Shown piece after piece: positions 29,585 through 40,419 of a DNA stretch of 64,000 nucleotides (positions are counted from its first letter, which is position 1; the number at the start of each line of letters is the position of its first letter). The position numbers and the translations under genes are program-made. The DNA comes from a virus, in IMG/VR virus record IMGVR_UViG_3300021226_000189. The stretch is one strand, 5' to 3'. The notes beneath the pieces were generated by a model. The model searched no databases. It saw only the letters and a list, made by a program, of their open reading frames with translations, and had not been told where the DNA came from.

Positions 29585-31357
29585 ATGGCAGCTAAAAAGA
29601 GAAAACAGGAGTATATGGGTAATCCCAATCTCCCAACTGCTGATGCAGTCTTTGAATACACACCAGAGATGGTGATGGAGATTGAAAAATCCAAAGAATC
29701 TCTATTATATTTTGCATCCAATTACTTTTACATCATCGATCCCGATGAAGGTAAGAAAGTTATTCCTTTGTTTGATTATCAAGAGAGATTATTAAAAGCT
29801 TTTGATGAACACAGATTTAATATCGTTTTGTCCTCTAGACAGAGCGGTAAGACTACAATTGCAACTGCTTTAGCTTTACATGAGGCATGTTTCAAAGACC
29901 ATAAAAACATCGTAATCGTTGCTAACAAAGAGGAGACTGCTAAGAACATCTTCAAGAGAGTTCGACTCGCTTATTTGGAATTACCGAATTGGTTAAAGCC
30001 AGGTATTAAAAAATGGGGTGATACTGGACTTGAATTGGCAAACGGTAGTAGTATCGAAATTTCAACCACTACTGGTAACGCTGCAAGGGGTAAAACTATT
30101 AACCTTCTCCTTCTCGATGAGTTAGCGTTCATTGAACCAGAAAGCATCGTTGAAGATTTCTGGCGATCCGTATACCCCACAATTTCTCGTGCTAAAACAT
30201 CTAGGATTCTCATCACATCAACTCCAAATGGTGTTGGTAATCTATTCCACCGTTTGTATGTCGGTGCGACTAAAAAAGAAAACAGATTCCACTATGAGAG
30301 AATTGACTGGTGGGAAGTTCCAGGTCGTGACGAAGAGTGGAAACAAGAACAAATCAAAGACTTAGGCTCTTACGAAGCATTCAATCAGGAATACGGCAAC
30401 GAATTCTTAGACAATAGTCAACAGTCGATTGATGAAGCATTATTTGATAGGTTGAAATCGCAATGTTGTGAACCGAAACATGTTCTGAAAGATGGTCATT
30501 ATAAAATTTGGGAAGAATATGATCAAGAAAAAATATATGCTATCGGTGGAGACGTGGCAGAAGGTGTCGGATTGGATGCGTCTGTTTTAGAAATCTTTGA
30601 TATTACAAATCCAAAAGAAATCATTCAAGTTGGGGAATACGTGAACAATAAAATTGGACCATCCGAATTTACAAACATGGTTGCTGAAATTTGTGGTCAT
30701 TGGGGTAATCCTTTATTATTGATTGAAAGAAACAATCAAGGATCAGGTGTTTGTGATCGAATGGCTAATGAGTTCATGTATCAAAATCTCGTTTCTTGGG
30801 GTGCTAAAGAAGCACACAAGAATAAACAGAATGGTATGATTTCCCATATCAATACGAAATACAAAGCAGTCCTCAATATGCGTTATTTTGTCAATGAAGC
30901 GCAATCCGTGACTTTCCGTTCTCTGGATTGTCTGAAAGAATTCAAAACATTCATTCGATATCCTAATGGATCATGGAAAGCAAAAGCAGGGGAACATGAC
31001 GATAGAGTTATGGCAACTGTCTGGATGCTCATGTCATTATACAATGATATCACGGAATTATACTTTGATATTAAGGAAAAAGACGATTGCGACCATCCTC
31101 TGGTAATCGAACCTTTTGACATGGGTCTAATCAAATATAAATCAGCGACTTCTATTTATACTAACGAAGAAGTGGCAAAAATTGAACACTCTAATCTAGC
31201 CCCCATGCTTTTTGGTGGTGAAAGTTCTATGGCAGCTAGTGATATGGCTGAATTAGAAGCTCAGGGTTGGTTCATTCCTGAAGGTGCTATCTACTCTAAT
31301 CCTGATAGGAACATTTCTTATGAACAATGGGATGCGATGAATAAATATTTCGGTTGA
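29585..31357 (+). CDS. gp17: terminase large subunit (T4 gp17-like)
   Basis: Walker A SRQSGKT, Walker B LLLLDE, STP coupling motif, nuclease GDVAEG..D, HDDRVMA. Confidence 0.97.
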   Translation: MAAKKRKQEYMGNPNLPTADAVFEYTPEMVMEIEKSKESLLYFASNYFYIIDPDEGKKVIPLFDYQERLLKAFDEHRFNIVLSSRQSGKTTIATALALHEACFKDHKNIVIVANKEETAKNIFKRVRLAYLELPNWLKPGIKKWGDTGLELANGSSIEISTTTGNAARGKTINLLLLDELAFIEPESIVEDFWRSVYPTISRAKTSRILITSTPNGVGNLFHRLYVGATKKENRFHYERIDWWEVPGRDEEWKQEQIKDLGSYEAFNQEYGNEFLDNSQQSIDEALFDRLKSQCCEPKHVLKDGHYKIWEEYDQEKIYAIGGDVAEGVGLDASVLEIFDITNPKEIIQVGEYVNNKIGPSEFTNMVAEICGHWGNPLLLIERNNQGSGVCDRMANEFMYQNLVSWGAKEAHKNKQNGMISHINTKYKAVLNMRYFVNEAQSVTFRSLDCLKEFKTFIRYPNGSWKAKAGEHDDRVMATVWMLMSLYNDITELYFDIKEKDDCDHPLVIEPFDMGLIKYKSATSIYTNEEVAKIEHSNLAPMLFGGESSMAASDMAELEAQGWFIPEGAIYSNPDRNISYEQWDAMNKYFG

Positions 31358-31381
31358 CATTGGAGAATTTTGTGATATTTT
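31354..31381 (+). promoter_or_regulatory. sigma70-type promoter
   Basis: TTGACA 31354-31359, 16-nt spacer ending TGa, TATTTT 31376-31381, 6 nt before ATG 31388. Confidence 0.65.
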
Positions 31382-31387
31382 ATTATC

Positions 31388-31597
31388 ATGAACGTTAGAG
31401 AAGAACATCTAGTGAAAGAAGAATATTATCAAAAATTTATTTCTGATATGCATCAGACGGCATCTGCTTATGAAAAACAGGCTATGAAAATGTTCATAGA
31501 CAGTGACTTACATAAAGGTCATTGTGCCATGGATAATGCTAGAGCTTTGAGAGCTGCTGCGAATATTATGGATAATACTGCATGTGACGGTAGCTGA
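31388..31597 (+). CDS. hypothetical protein
   Basis: 69-aa ORF after sigma70-type promoter. Confidence 0.6.
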   Translation: MNVREEHLVKEEYYQKFISDMHQTASAYEKQAMKMFIDSDLHKGHCAMDNARALRAAANIMDNTACDGS

Positions 31598-31598
31598 T

Positions 31599-31979
31599 AT
31601 GCGATATACTTCAGATAACATTATAGAATTGAAAGAAAATGAGATTTTCTGTTTTGGCTCGAATTTGGCGGGGCGACATGGACTTGGAGCCGCTTTAATA
31701 GCCCGTAAGAAATTCGGTGCTGTCTATGGGGTTGGAGAAGGTTTGACAGGAAGATGTTATGCCATTCCCACGAAAGGACACAATCTGTCCCGAATGTCCT
31801 TGGCGGAAATCAAAAAACATGTGGACACTTTTCTGGAATTCGCCAAGGATAATCCAGATAAGAAATTTCTTGTCACTCAGATTGGTTGTGGTTTGGCTGG
31901 ACACAGACCAAAAGACATTGCGCCGATGTTTAGGGAAAGAACAGAGAATGTGATTATTCCAAAAGAGTTTGATATGTAG
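31599..31979 (+). CDS. FGSN..G.HG.GAA-family phage non-structural protein (A1S_2505-like)
   Basis: EIFCFGSNLAGRHGLGAA...YAIPTK...FLVTQIGCGLAG; alternative GTG start 31584. Confidence 0.7.
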   Translation: MRYTSDNIIELKENEIFCFGSNLAGRHGLGAALIARKKFGAVYGVGEGLTGRCYAIPTKGHNLSRMSLAEIKKHVDTFLEFAKDNPDKKFLVTQIGCGLAGHRPKDIAPMFRERTENVIIPKEFDM

Positions 31980-32002
31980 GTGTTCTTCATTAAATATTTT
32001 TA

Positions 32003-32611
32003 ATGAGTAATACAGAAATCAGGCAGTCATATTTGAATAAAGCTAGAAAAGATAAATTTTTGCTAGTTTTTGATATTCCTCCTATTTTGAAAGGTATCCA
32101 ATCGAATTATACGAGAAAAGATGATACTATAATTCCTGATAGTGTCCAATTCAGCGTTTTTGGGACTATGGTTCCAGGTGTTACCGTTAAAGGTGTACCA
32201 GTTCGATACACGGGGGACACTTTATATATTTCATCACATAATAAAGACCCATATCCACCAGTAAACGTTAAATTCGTTGTAGATAGTGGATATAATAACT
32301 ATTGGGTGATTTATCAATGGTTGAATTTATTACATGATCAGAAAACTGGTCAATACAATGCTTCCAGATTAAAATCTGAATGTAATTTCACTGATTACCA
32401 GACAGATATCTCATTGTATGGATTAGATGAATATAATAATAAAGTTATCGAATTTAGATACACAAAATGTTTCCCAACCAGTCTAGATGAATTGTCATTT
32501 GATGCTAAATCTACGGGAGAAATGGAATTGGAGTCAGGATTCACTTTCCTATTTTCCCAAATGCATATTAGTTTACTTGGTTGTGATAGAACTGAAAACA
32601 CATTAATTTGA
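32003..32611 (+). CDS. tail completion/tube-terminator protein (T4 gp3-like)
   Basis: YPPVNVKFVVD..YNNY..I.QW; F.Y..CFPTSL..LSFD; upstream of sheath. Confidence 0.65.
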   Translation: MSNTEIRQSYLNKARKDKFLLVFDIPPILKGIQSNYTRKDDTIIPDSVQFSVFGTMVPGVTVKGVPVRYTGDTLYISSHNKDPYPPVNVKFVVDSGYNNYWVIYQWLNLLHDQKTGQYNASRLKSECNFTDYQTDISLYGLDEYNNKVIEFRYTKCFPTSLDELSFDAKSTGEMELESGFTFLFSQMHISLLGCDRTENTLI

Positions 32612-32651
32612 TAGTTGGTAAATTTTTAACAGTAAATTGTTAAATAATTGT

Positions 32652-34982
32652 ATGCAAAGAACTATCAATAGCCCAGGCGTACAAATTTTCGAGAGAGATC
32701 GTAGTATCGTAGCTCAACCAAATGCTGGTACCAATATTTTTGTTGCGGGTTTTACCCCTCAAGGTCCGACTGACGAAGTCATTAAAATCACCACAAGAGA
32801 CGAACTCGACAGTATCTATGGAACACCTACTAACAGTGCTGAAAGATATTTTTACTATTCTGTCAGAGAACTCTTAAATTCACCTGCAAGTATTTACACT
32901 TTCCGTCTTCCTTATGGTGCTGGTAAAGGTGAAGGTTTTAATGACTCTTATACTGCTCTCGTTTATCCAGTTGTTGCTGCTGAACCAACAGCGGTAACTA
33001 CTACGAGAAATTTGGATTTATCGGCTGCTACCTATTTCTTAGGTGAGCCATATCAAGTTTCCTTGACCCCATCGGAATATACCAGCGTAGTGGAAGGTTC
33101 ACTATTTGATTGGACATCTACAGCAACCCCTCTTTCCACTTTTGAAACTGGTGTTAAAAGTGCAGTTTTGAGTGCTTTGGGTGGTGCTGGTTTGATTATT
33201 TTGGATAAAGCACAAACATCCATCAATAGCCAATTCGAAGGTTATTACATCGGTATTGCTGATAACGTCAACAATGACCCATCTTCTAACTTCGATGCTA
33301 TCACTAAAGCATTTACTACTAGCTTGACTGGTAATGTAATTGGTACGACTACATTGGATTACACTCAGATCCCTGATACAACTTTACAATTTAACTTGTC
33401 TGCTACCGTTAACGGTGCATCTAACAGTATTTCTCAAATCATGGAGAATCTCACGGACTATGATATTTCTGGTAGAGAAGATGATGATTTGCTACATATC
33501 GGTGTTTTCAAACTTCGTAAGAGCGTTTATGCAAACGAATCCTTCAAATTGGACTTTGTTCTGGATGAAGGTATTGTTGGATCTATTGATTCTTTTAGAA
33601 AACAATTGAATCCTTTCGGTGGACCTTCTGTACCATTCTTCTTGGAAGCACAAGATACAAATTCTAAAAATATCGAAGTTTTGGTCAATCCATTCATCTC
33701 CAATAAATTTAGACAAAGTTCTCTCAATTCTAATGGTATTCCTTTGAAAAAAATCAGAGTTGTTACGAACAATTTGCTCACAACATCGTTTTCGAATATT
33801 TCCGCAGCGGTTGGAACGACTGTTAACATTCTTTCGACGTTGAATACTTCCGTTAAAACCGCTGATGCGTTGTTCCCACTTGGTTCATACAATCCAGTTC
33901 TCATTACTCAAAAAATTATCGGCAGTTTGCCTGATAAACTTGATAGAGCATTGGAGTCTGTTAAGAATGATGAGGTTTACGATATTGATATCGTCGCTGA
34001 AGCTGGATTGGGTTCGGTTTACGCCATTTCACAAGCATCTGGTAATAGTTATTACGATGATACGGTTTACACAAAAACCTTGAAAGATAAAGTTGATTTA
34101 CTTAGAACTTCTAGTGAGCTTACTGGTGCTGGTACAACTATTCGCAATGATTACAGAGCTATCTTTTCCAAATTTAATAATTTCTGCGATCCATCAAATG
34201 GTGGAAGAGGGGATTGTATGTTCATCGCTGACCCAATTCGCCACATCGTTGTCACTGGTAAAAACAATAAAATCATGGATGATAAAACAAGAATCTTCCA
34301 AAAAGATATTTATTGGGCTATGAGACATCAATTTGAATTGGAAAACACTTCTTACGGTGCTGGTTACGGTAACTGGGTGCAAGTGTATGATGAATTCTCA
34401 GGTGAAAAATCTTGGGTTCCTTTCTCAAGTTATCAAGCTGCTATTTTTGCTAGAAGCGATTTCAGCGATTTCCCATGGTCTGCTGCTGCTGGATATAACA
34501 GAGGACTGGTCACAAACGCTTTGGACATCGCTATCAATCCTAATCAGAAACAACGCGATGAACTTTACAAGATCAATATCAACCCTGTAATCTTCTCACC
34601 TTCCCAAGGTATCGTTGTATTTGGTCAAAAGACTCTTAGCCGTAAGCCTAGTGCTTTTGATAGAATCAATGTTCGTAGATTGTTCTTAGCATTGGAAAGA
34701 CCTACGAAGAAATCCACACAATTCTTCGTGTTTGAACCCAACAACGAGTTCACTAGAACTAGATTGGTTAATAACTTGCGTCCTATTTTCGAAACTGCGA
34801 AACAGAATTCAGGATGTGCTGATTACTTGATTGTTTGTGACGAAAGAAACAATACGGATCAAGTCGTTGATAACAACGAATTGAAAGTTGACATCTTAAT
34901 CAAACCAACGAGAACTGCTGAATTCATCCTGTGTTCATTCACGGCAACGAGAACAGATGCAGTATTTGCTGAATTAATCTAA
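32652..34982 (+). CDS. gp18: tail sheath protein (T4 gp18-like)
   Basis: SPGV...E.D, GPTDE, RGDCMFIADP, PWSAAAG.NRG, LY...INP, FDRINVRRLF. Confidence 0.95.
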   Translation: MQRTINSPGVQIFERDRSIVAQPNAGTNIFVAGFTPQGPTDEVIKITTRDELDSIYGTPTNSAERYFYYSVRELLNSPASIYTFRLPYGAGKGEGFNDSYTALVYPVVAAEPTAVTTTRNLDLSAATYFLGEPYQVSLTPSEYTSVVEGSLFDWTSTATPLSTFETGVKSAVLSALGGAGLIILDKAQTSINSQFEGYYIGIADNVNNDPSSNFDAITKAFTTSLTGNVIGTTTLDYTQIPDTTLQFNLSATVNGASNSISQIMENLTDYDISGREDDDLLHIGVFKLRKSVYANESFKLDFVLDEGIVGSIDSFRKQLNPFGGPSVPFFLEAQDTNSKNIEVLVNPFISNKFRQSSLNSNGIPLKKIRVVTNNLLTTSFSNISAAVGTTVNILSTLNTSVKTADALFPLGSYNPVLITQKIIGSLPDKLDRALESVKNDEVYDIDIVAEAGLGSVYAISQASGNSYYDDTVYTKTLKDKVDLLRTSSELTGAGTTIRNDYRAIFSKFNNFCDPSNGGRGDCMFIADPIRHIVVTGKNNKIMDDKTRIFQKDIYWAMRHQFELENTSYGAGYGNWVQVYDEFSGEKSWVPFSSYQAAIFARSDFSDFPWSAAAGYNRGLVTNALDIAINPNQKQRDELYKININPVIFSPSQGIVVFGQKTLSRKPSAFDRINVRRLFLALERPTKKSTQFFVFEPNNEFTRTRLVNNLRPIFETAKQNSGCADYLIVCDERNNTDQVVDNNELKVDILIKPTRTAEFILCSFTATRTDAVFAELI

Positions 34983-35008
34983 TTTAAACCAATAGAATAA
35001 ATAATAAT

Positions 35009-35602
35009 ATGCCTACAAATATTGAAAACTTCATGAATACAGCGGCACAGAAGCAGTTCTCTAGGGACTTTCTGTTTCGTGTTAAACAAATCGACATCAC
35101 AGGATTGCAATTGGACGGTGAAAATGAGTTGATTTACGCTAGATCTGCCACATTTCCTGGTAGAGATATTGAAAATAAACAAGTTAATTACGCTGGTCAA
35201 ACGTTCAACCTGCCTGGTAAATCATCTTATCCAGGTTCTGATTCTTGGTCTATCGAATTTTTCGTTGACCAAGATATGGAAATTAGAACTCAGCTAGAGA
35301 GAGCTTCTAGAATTCTGTTTAATAATGAAGGTCCTGCTGGTGGTAATATTTGTATGCCAGGTCAAGACTCCACTATTACATTGGAAGTATTTAGAATTCC
35401 ATGTGGTGGTGGTATTATTAATCCCATGCAAGTCGGCACGGTGATTCAATTGGTCGGTGCTTCTTTAAGAAACATCGGTGAAATTAGTTATGAGATTGCT
35501 GATGGAACTGGTGAAGTGAAAACCTTCTCAGCTACATTCGCATATCATTTTTATAGAGATTTTAGCAATCCTAACTTTTTGGGTTTCTTTAATACTTTGT
35601 AA
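35009..35602 (+). CDS. gp19: tail tube protein (T4 gp19-like)
   Basis: SATFPG, LPGK..Y..W...F..D, F..TF.Y; directly after sheath. Confidence 0.85.
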   Translation: MPTNIENFMNTAAQKQFSRDFLFRVKQIDITGLQLDGENELIYARSATFPGRDIENKQVNYAGQTFNLPGKSSYPGSDSWSIEFFVDQDMEIRTQLERASRILFNNEGPAGGNICMPGQDSTITLEVFRIPCGGGIINPMQVGTVIQLVGASLRNIGEISYEIADGTGEVKTFSATFAYHFYRDFSNPNFLGFFNTL

Positions 35603-35617
35603 TAGTAAATATTACAT

Positions 35618-36220
35618 ATGTCTAGTCCACAACCGAATGACTTCTTAGAAGCTTTTTCAGGGGAGAGTCAGTATTGTCTGTCTCTCCCTATCTTATGGAC
35701 AGTCACGATTGATGGTGTGGAGAATAATGCTATCAATGAAATGTTAGAATTGTCTGGTGAAAAATGGAGAGCTACCATTACACCCAATTCAATGACTAAA
35801 AATGGTAATATTTTACCAGCACAATCAGTTAGTATCCCGAATGAGTCTTCAAATTTCGTCGCTGGTGAAATAGGACAGTCTTCTGGAAATTTTTTACCAG
35901 GATATGCGTTGAACAATAGACAAGATTTCTTATCACGTAGCTTCTCTATTAATTTTTTAGAAACGAAAGAAGACTTGGAACATGATTACATTAGACCATG
36001 GATCATTGCTCTAAGCGTGAAAGGATTGATTGAGTGGGGTAAAAAATTAAAAGCTGACATAATTGTCAAGCAATATACCAACGGTGGTGAATTACGTAAA
36101 GGATATATTTTTAGAAAAGCTTTCCCGACCGCCGTTGAAGGTTTTCAATTAGACTATAATAACACAGACTTCACCATCAAGAGCGTTACTTTTGCTTGCC
36201 AAAATTACGAACAATTATGA
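35618..36220 (+). CDS. tube-like protein (gp19/gp54-like tail tube initiator)
   Basis: SINFLET, Y.F..AFP..V....LDY, VTF; tube-fold signature. Confidence 0.6.
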   Translation: MSSPQPNDFLEAFSGESQYCLSLPILWTVTIDGVENNAINEMLELSGEKWRATITPNSMTKNGNILPAQSVSIPNESSNFVAGEIGQSSGNFLPGYALNNRQDFLSRSFSINFLETKEDLEHDYIRPWIIALSVKGLIEWGKKLKADIIVKQYTNGGELRKGYIFRKAFPTAVEGFQLDYNNTDFTIKSVTFACQNYEQL

Positions 36221-36918
36221 TAACATTTCAAGATTTGAAGAGTTGTAATGAAAATGGTGAAGATTTTTTATTACAATATTTTAATAGTTTCGAAGGTGAA
36301 AACATTTATCACAAATTTGTCAATCTGATAGGAGATTGGGAGAGAAACGTATCATACACTATAAACCTTAAAAACGAAGATAAAAATATAAAATTATCTT
36401 TGCAATATGTATTGAATGAATTGGAAAAATATTCAGATGATATGGTTTTTTATGAAAAAGATGGCGTGGAAGTTAGTATTAACACCCCACCTATTTTCAA
36501 AAAAGATTGTAACATATTATCAATATCCGATTTTATTTATGATCTAAAATATTTGGGGAGAACAATAAAATTTTCAGAATTGAATGATTATGAGAAAAAT
36601 ATAATTCTTCAGAACCTACCTGCGAAATTATACAATGAATTAGCACTTTTTGTTACCAACATAAAAACAAAAACAGTAATAATCAATAATCAATCTCTAT
36701 CTAATTTAGAATTTAATTTTCTATCTCAACAACCCTATGAGATGCTGAAAGGATTATTTTTATCTTTTGATAAGGATTACTTCAGAGACATCATATATAT
36801 TTTATCTAAAAAAATAGATGGTAATATATTGATGAAATCTAGTCTTATGGATATTGAATATTACATAGAAAAAATGAAAAATGATAATAATTCGAATATT
36901 GATGCGAATTTGTATTGA
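36217..36918 (+). CDS. putative baseplate hub assembly protein
   Basis: ATGA overlap; position between tube and gp26-like genes. Confidence 0.4.
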   Translation: MITFQDLKSCNENGEDFLLQYFNSFEGENIYHKFVNLIGDWERNVSYTINLKNEDKNIKLSLQYVLNELEKYSDDMVFYEKDGVEVSINTPPIFKKDCNILSISDFIYDLKYLGRTIKFSELNDYEKNIILQNLPAKLYNELALFVTNIKTKTVIINNQSLSNLEFNFLSQQPYEMLKGLFLSFDKDYFRDIIYILSKKIDGNILMKSSLMDIEYYIEKMKNDNNSNIDANLY

Positions 36919-36946
36919 CAATATGGTTTAACAGGTAAATACCTGC

Positions 36947-37678
36947 ATGGAAAACGATATTAAGAAGTTTTTAGAATCTATTCAGGAATTAAAAGAAGAA
37001 AAGTTTGATGTTAATCAAATTACTACTGGTAATAAAGTTAAATGTAAAAAAATTTCATTCAAGCAACAGAAAAACATCATTTCCACCATCACCGATGGTG
37101 CATCAGGTGTAATGAAGTTTCAAAAAATTCTGAATGACATCATTATGGAAAACACAGAGACCAATGATTGGTTGGTTGTTGATAAAATTCCAGTCATTGT
37201 TAAAATGAGAATTGAGAGCTTGGGTAATCTTTTGAAGAACAAAGATACTGAAATTGATCTCAATCAACTTAAATTACTTGAGAAATTTAATACACCTACA
37301 ACCACCAAAATTAAAGGTAGCGTGGATGTAAATTTGAGAATTCCCACATTATCAGAAGAGAATAAAGTTCTCAATTACGCTGTTGATTTTCTTAAAAATA
37401 GTAAAGAATCGGACATTGGTAAAGATATTACAAATATCTTTACTTTTGAAATTGTTAAATACATCGAATCGGTTGTTTTTAATGGGCAAGTTCTAAATTT
37501 TAGTGATATGCCTATCAAGGATAGAATTTTGGTTGTTGAAAATCTACCAATCAGCGTGAACAAATCTATCGTTGAATACATTGAAACGATTAAGAACGAA
37601 GAAAACGAACAATTAAAATTGGTGGTAGATGGGGAAACTAAAGTAATCGAAATCGATGTAACATTTTTTGATAATTAA
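36947..37678 (+). CDS. baseplate hub subunit (T4 gp26-like)
   Basis: KQQK.I, KMRIESLG, VNLRIPTL, F...I..I; TAAATA 36936-36941. Confidence 0.6.
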   Translation: MENDIKKFLESIQELKEEKFDVNQITTGNKVKCKKISFKQQKNIISTITDGASGVMKFQKILNDIIMENTETNDWLVVDKIPVIVKMRIESLGNLLKNKDTEIDLNQLKLLEKFNTPTTTKIKGSVDVNLRIPTLSEENKVLNYAVDFLKNSKESDIGKDITNIFTFEIVKYIESVVFNGQVLNFSDMPIKDRILVVENLPISVNKSIVEYIETIKNEENEQLKLVVDGETKVIEIDVTFFDN

Positions 37679-37679
37679 T

Positions 37680-37904
37680 ATGAAAAAAAGCACTATCTTA
37701 AAAAAGTTGGATAATTACGAAGAACGTATTATTAAAATTATTGATGAAATGCAGGATTTTCTGGATTCTGTCGATGACTCTGATGTTTCAGTCATGACTG
37801 AAGATTTTTGTCAAGGAATGCTTGACTATGTTCAAGAGAATGGTATTTGTAATTTGAATGACATCAGAGAATTTATTGAAAATGATTATGAAACCGAATT
37901 ATAA
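37680..37904 (+). CDS. hypothetical acidic protein
   Basis: ATG 37680 one base after upstream stop. Confidence 0.55.
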   Translation: MKKSTILKKLDNYEERIIKIIDEMQDFLDSVDDSDVSVMTEDFCQGMLDYVQENGICNLNDIREFIENDYETEL

Positions 37905-38769
37905 TATTTTAATTTTAGGTAAAGGTTATGTTGGTAAATACCTATCAGACCATTTGAGTTTGGTTGGTTATAGAAATTTTCTAAAATCTAGAGAAGAATT
38001 AGATTACCATGATTCGAGAGAGCTTAATAAGTTCATTTTGAACAATGGCATCAATCATGTGATCAATTGTTCAGGATTTACTGGTAGACCAAATGTTGAT
38101 CAAGGAGAATTGGAAAAAGAAGATTGTTGGAATTTGAATGTTGTAGTTCCGCTGAATATCAATAAAATCTGTGAGAAATTGAATGTTAATTACTTACACA
38201 TTTCAACTGGTTGTTTATACGATGGATATGATAAACAATGGTCCGAGCAAGATGCTCCTAACTTTGGATTATTTCAGAATCACAGCTCATTCTATTCCAA
38301 ATCTAAACACGCTTTTGAAAATCTTTCCCAAGACTTGAAGGGAGTTGTTTTGAGAATTAGAATGCCATTCGGTAAAGATTTCTCCAATAGAAATTATTTC
38401 ACTAAAATTAAACAATATCCAAAATTGTTGAATTTGGTAAATTCTAAGACATACATTCCCGATCTTTGTGTTTTTGTTGAGAAATTATTAGGTGAAGATT
38501 TCTATTTCTGGACTGATAGACAGATTTACAATGTGGTCAATCCTGATGCTCTTAAAACTGAGGAGGTTTGTGAAATTCTTAAAAAGTATGGTTTACACAA
38601 TTCTAATTGGAAATTTGTTGATAGATCAGAACTGAAAACTTACGCTAATAGATCTAATTGTGTGTTGAATACGAGCAAATCAAGTGTCATTCATAATATG
38701 ATGACGGAAAAACAAGCACTCGTAGATTATTGCGAATTTGTAGTAAACTCTTCCAAAAATTATGAATAA
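37888..38769 (+). CDS. NDP-4-keto-6-deoxyglucose 3,5-epimerase/4-reductase (UER1/RmlD-like SDR)
   Basis: GKGYVG Rossmann, GFTGRPNVD, HISTGC, FYSKSK (YxxxK). Confidence 0.75.
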   Translation: MKPNYNILILGKGYVGKYLSDHLSLVGYRNFLKSREELDYHDSRELNKFILNNGINHVINCSGFTGRPNVDQGELEKEDCWNLNVVVPLNINKICEKLNVNYLHISTGCLYDGYDKQWSEQDAPNFGLFQNHSSFYSKSKHAFENLSQDLKGVVLRIRMPFGKDFSNRNYFTKIKQYPKLLNLVNSKTYIPDLCVFVEKLLGEDFYFWTDRQIYNVVNPDALKTEEVCEILKKYGLHNSNWKFVDRSELKTYANRSNCVLNTSKSSVIHNMMTEKQALVDYCEFVVNSSKNYE

Positions 38770-39505
38770 CAGAAAAGCTATTTGTCTTGCAGGTGGAAAA
38801 GGAACTCGTCTCCATCCTTTGACGAAGACGAGTAGTAAACAACTTTTACCGATTTATAAAAAACCAGTCATAGCATTCCCTCTTCAAACTTTGAAGGAAA
38901 TGGGTTATGTTGACATTTTGATCATTAATGCTGATGAAGAGCAGCAAATCCAATTTAAAAAATTATTAGGGAACGGTGAGAAGTTTGATTTGAATTTTTC
39001 ATATATAATTCAAGATTCTCCTAGAGGACTTGCTGATGCGTTTATTGTTGGTGAGGAATTTATTAAGGATGCTGATGATATTTGTCTTATCCTTGGTGAC
39101 AATATTATCATTGGTAATTCGCCAATCCACCCTCAACCAAACACTATCTTCACATACAAAGTCAAAGACCCATCTGCTTATGGTGTCGTGAAAACGGATG
39201 ATAATGGGTGGATCAAACAAATTGTGGAGAAACCAAAAGAATTTATTTCTGATGATGCTGTAATTGGTCTTTATATATTTTCCAATGAAGTGGTGGAAAT
39301 GGCTAAAAAGGTCACTCCATCTGCGAGAGGGGAGCTTGAAATCGTAGATCTAATTCGCATGATGAATGATAAAGAAGGTGTCAATGTTGAAAAATTGGAT
39401 GGATTTTGGTTCGATGTGGGTGATTATGATAGTCTATTAGACTGTGCAAATCTTGTCCGAACTATTGACAAACGATCAAACCATGCTATTGGTTTAGATG
39501 TATGA
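38762..39505 (+). CDS. rmlA: glucose-1-phosphate thymidylyltransferase
   Basis: LAGGKGTRLHPLT...KQLLPIY.KP, PRGLADAF, ILGDNI, EKP, PSARGELEI. Confidence 0.92.
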   Translation: MNNRKAICLAGGKGTRLHPLTKTSSKQLLPIYKKPVIAFPLQTLKEMGYVDILIINADEEQQIQFKKLLGNGEKFDLNFSYIIQDSPRGLADAFIVGEEFIKDADDICLILGDNIIIGNSPIHPQPNTIFTYKVKDPSAYGVVKTDDNGWIKQIVEKPKEFISDDAVIGLYIFSNEVVEMAKKVTPSARGELEIVDLIRMMNDKEGVNVEKLDGFWFDVGDYDSLLDCANLVRTIDKRSNHAIGLDV

Positions 39506-40419
39506 GCGACTTATGGGTAGAACGGTATAGACCACAGACTTTAGATGATTTGATGGTGGATGATAAAACAAAACAAATCATCCAGAACTTTGGTAAAGAT
39601 ATTCCGAATTTGTTACTAACTGGTGTTGCAGGAAGTGGTAAGACGAGCCTTGCAAGAATCATTGCTAAAGATATTTTAGATTGTGATTATCTTTATATCA
39701 ATGCTTCCGATGAAAACGGTGTAGATACGATTCGGGAGAAAGTTATTGGGTTTGCTCAAACTATGAGCTTCGATGGTGGGTTAAAAATTGTAATTCTAGA
39801 TGAAGCAGATGGTATCTCTAAACAGGCACAGGGAATTCTGCGTAATGTCATGGAGTCCTATTCATCTACCACACGGTTTATCCTCACGGGTAATTACAAA
39901 CACCGTATCATCCCTGCCCTACAATCCCGTTGCCAAAGTCTCATTCTCCACACATCTCTAAAAGATGTTACTCGTCGATGTGTCGAAATTCTACGAAAAG
40001 AGAATATTGAGATTCCTGATGATCAGAAGAAGAATTTGGTGAACTTGATCAAAAATCATTTTCCTGACATCAGGAAATGCATCAATGAGTTGGAGAAGTT
40101 CTCCAAGTCTGGCATTCTCGCTATTGAATCAAAAAAGGATACGAATGAGACATTAGAATTAATTTATAATAATCTCAAGTCAGGTAAGACATTAGATACA
40201 AGAAAGTTTCTTATTGAGAATGAGGAATTATTTGATTCCGATCATGAAGCTCTTTTGAAAGATTTGTTGAATTATTTTTATGATTTGCGAATCGATGACA
40301 CTATAAAAAAACAAGCTATCCTGATTATTGCGGATAGCTTGTTCAAAATGATGTCTGTTACTGACAGAGAGATATGTTGTATCGCTTGTCTATTACAGTT
40401 GGAAGAATTATTGCTTTAA
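39502..40419 (+). CDS. gp44: clamp loader small subunit (T4 gp44/RFC-like)
   Basis: LWVERYRP, Walker A GVAGSGKT, INASD, ILDEAD, SRC. Confidence 0.95.
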   Translation: MSDLWVERYRPQTLDDLMVDDKTKQIIQNFGKDIPNLLLTGVAGSGKTSLARIIAKDILDCDYLYINASDENGVDTIREKVIGFAQTMSFDGGLKIVILDEADGISKQAQGILRNVMESYSSTTRFILTGNYKHRIIPALQSRCQSLILHTSLKDVTRRCVEILRKENIEIPDDQKKNLVNLIKNHFPDIRKCINELEKFSKSGILAIESKKDTNETLELIYNNLKSGKTLDTRKFLIENEELFDSDHEALLKDLLNYFYDLRIDDTIKKQAILIIADSLFKMMSVTDREICCIACLLQLEELLL

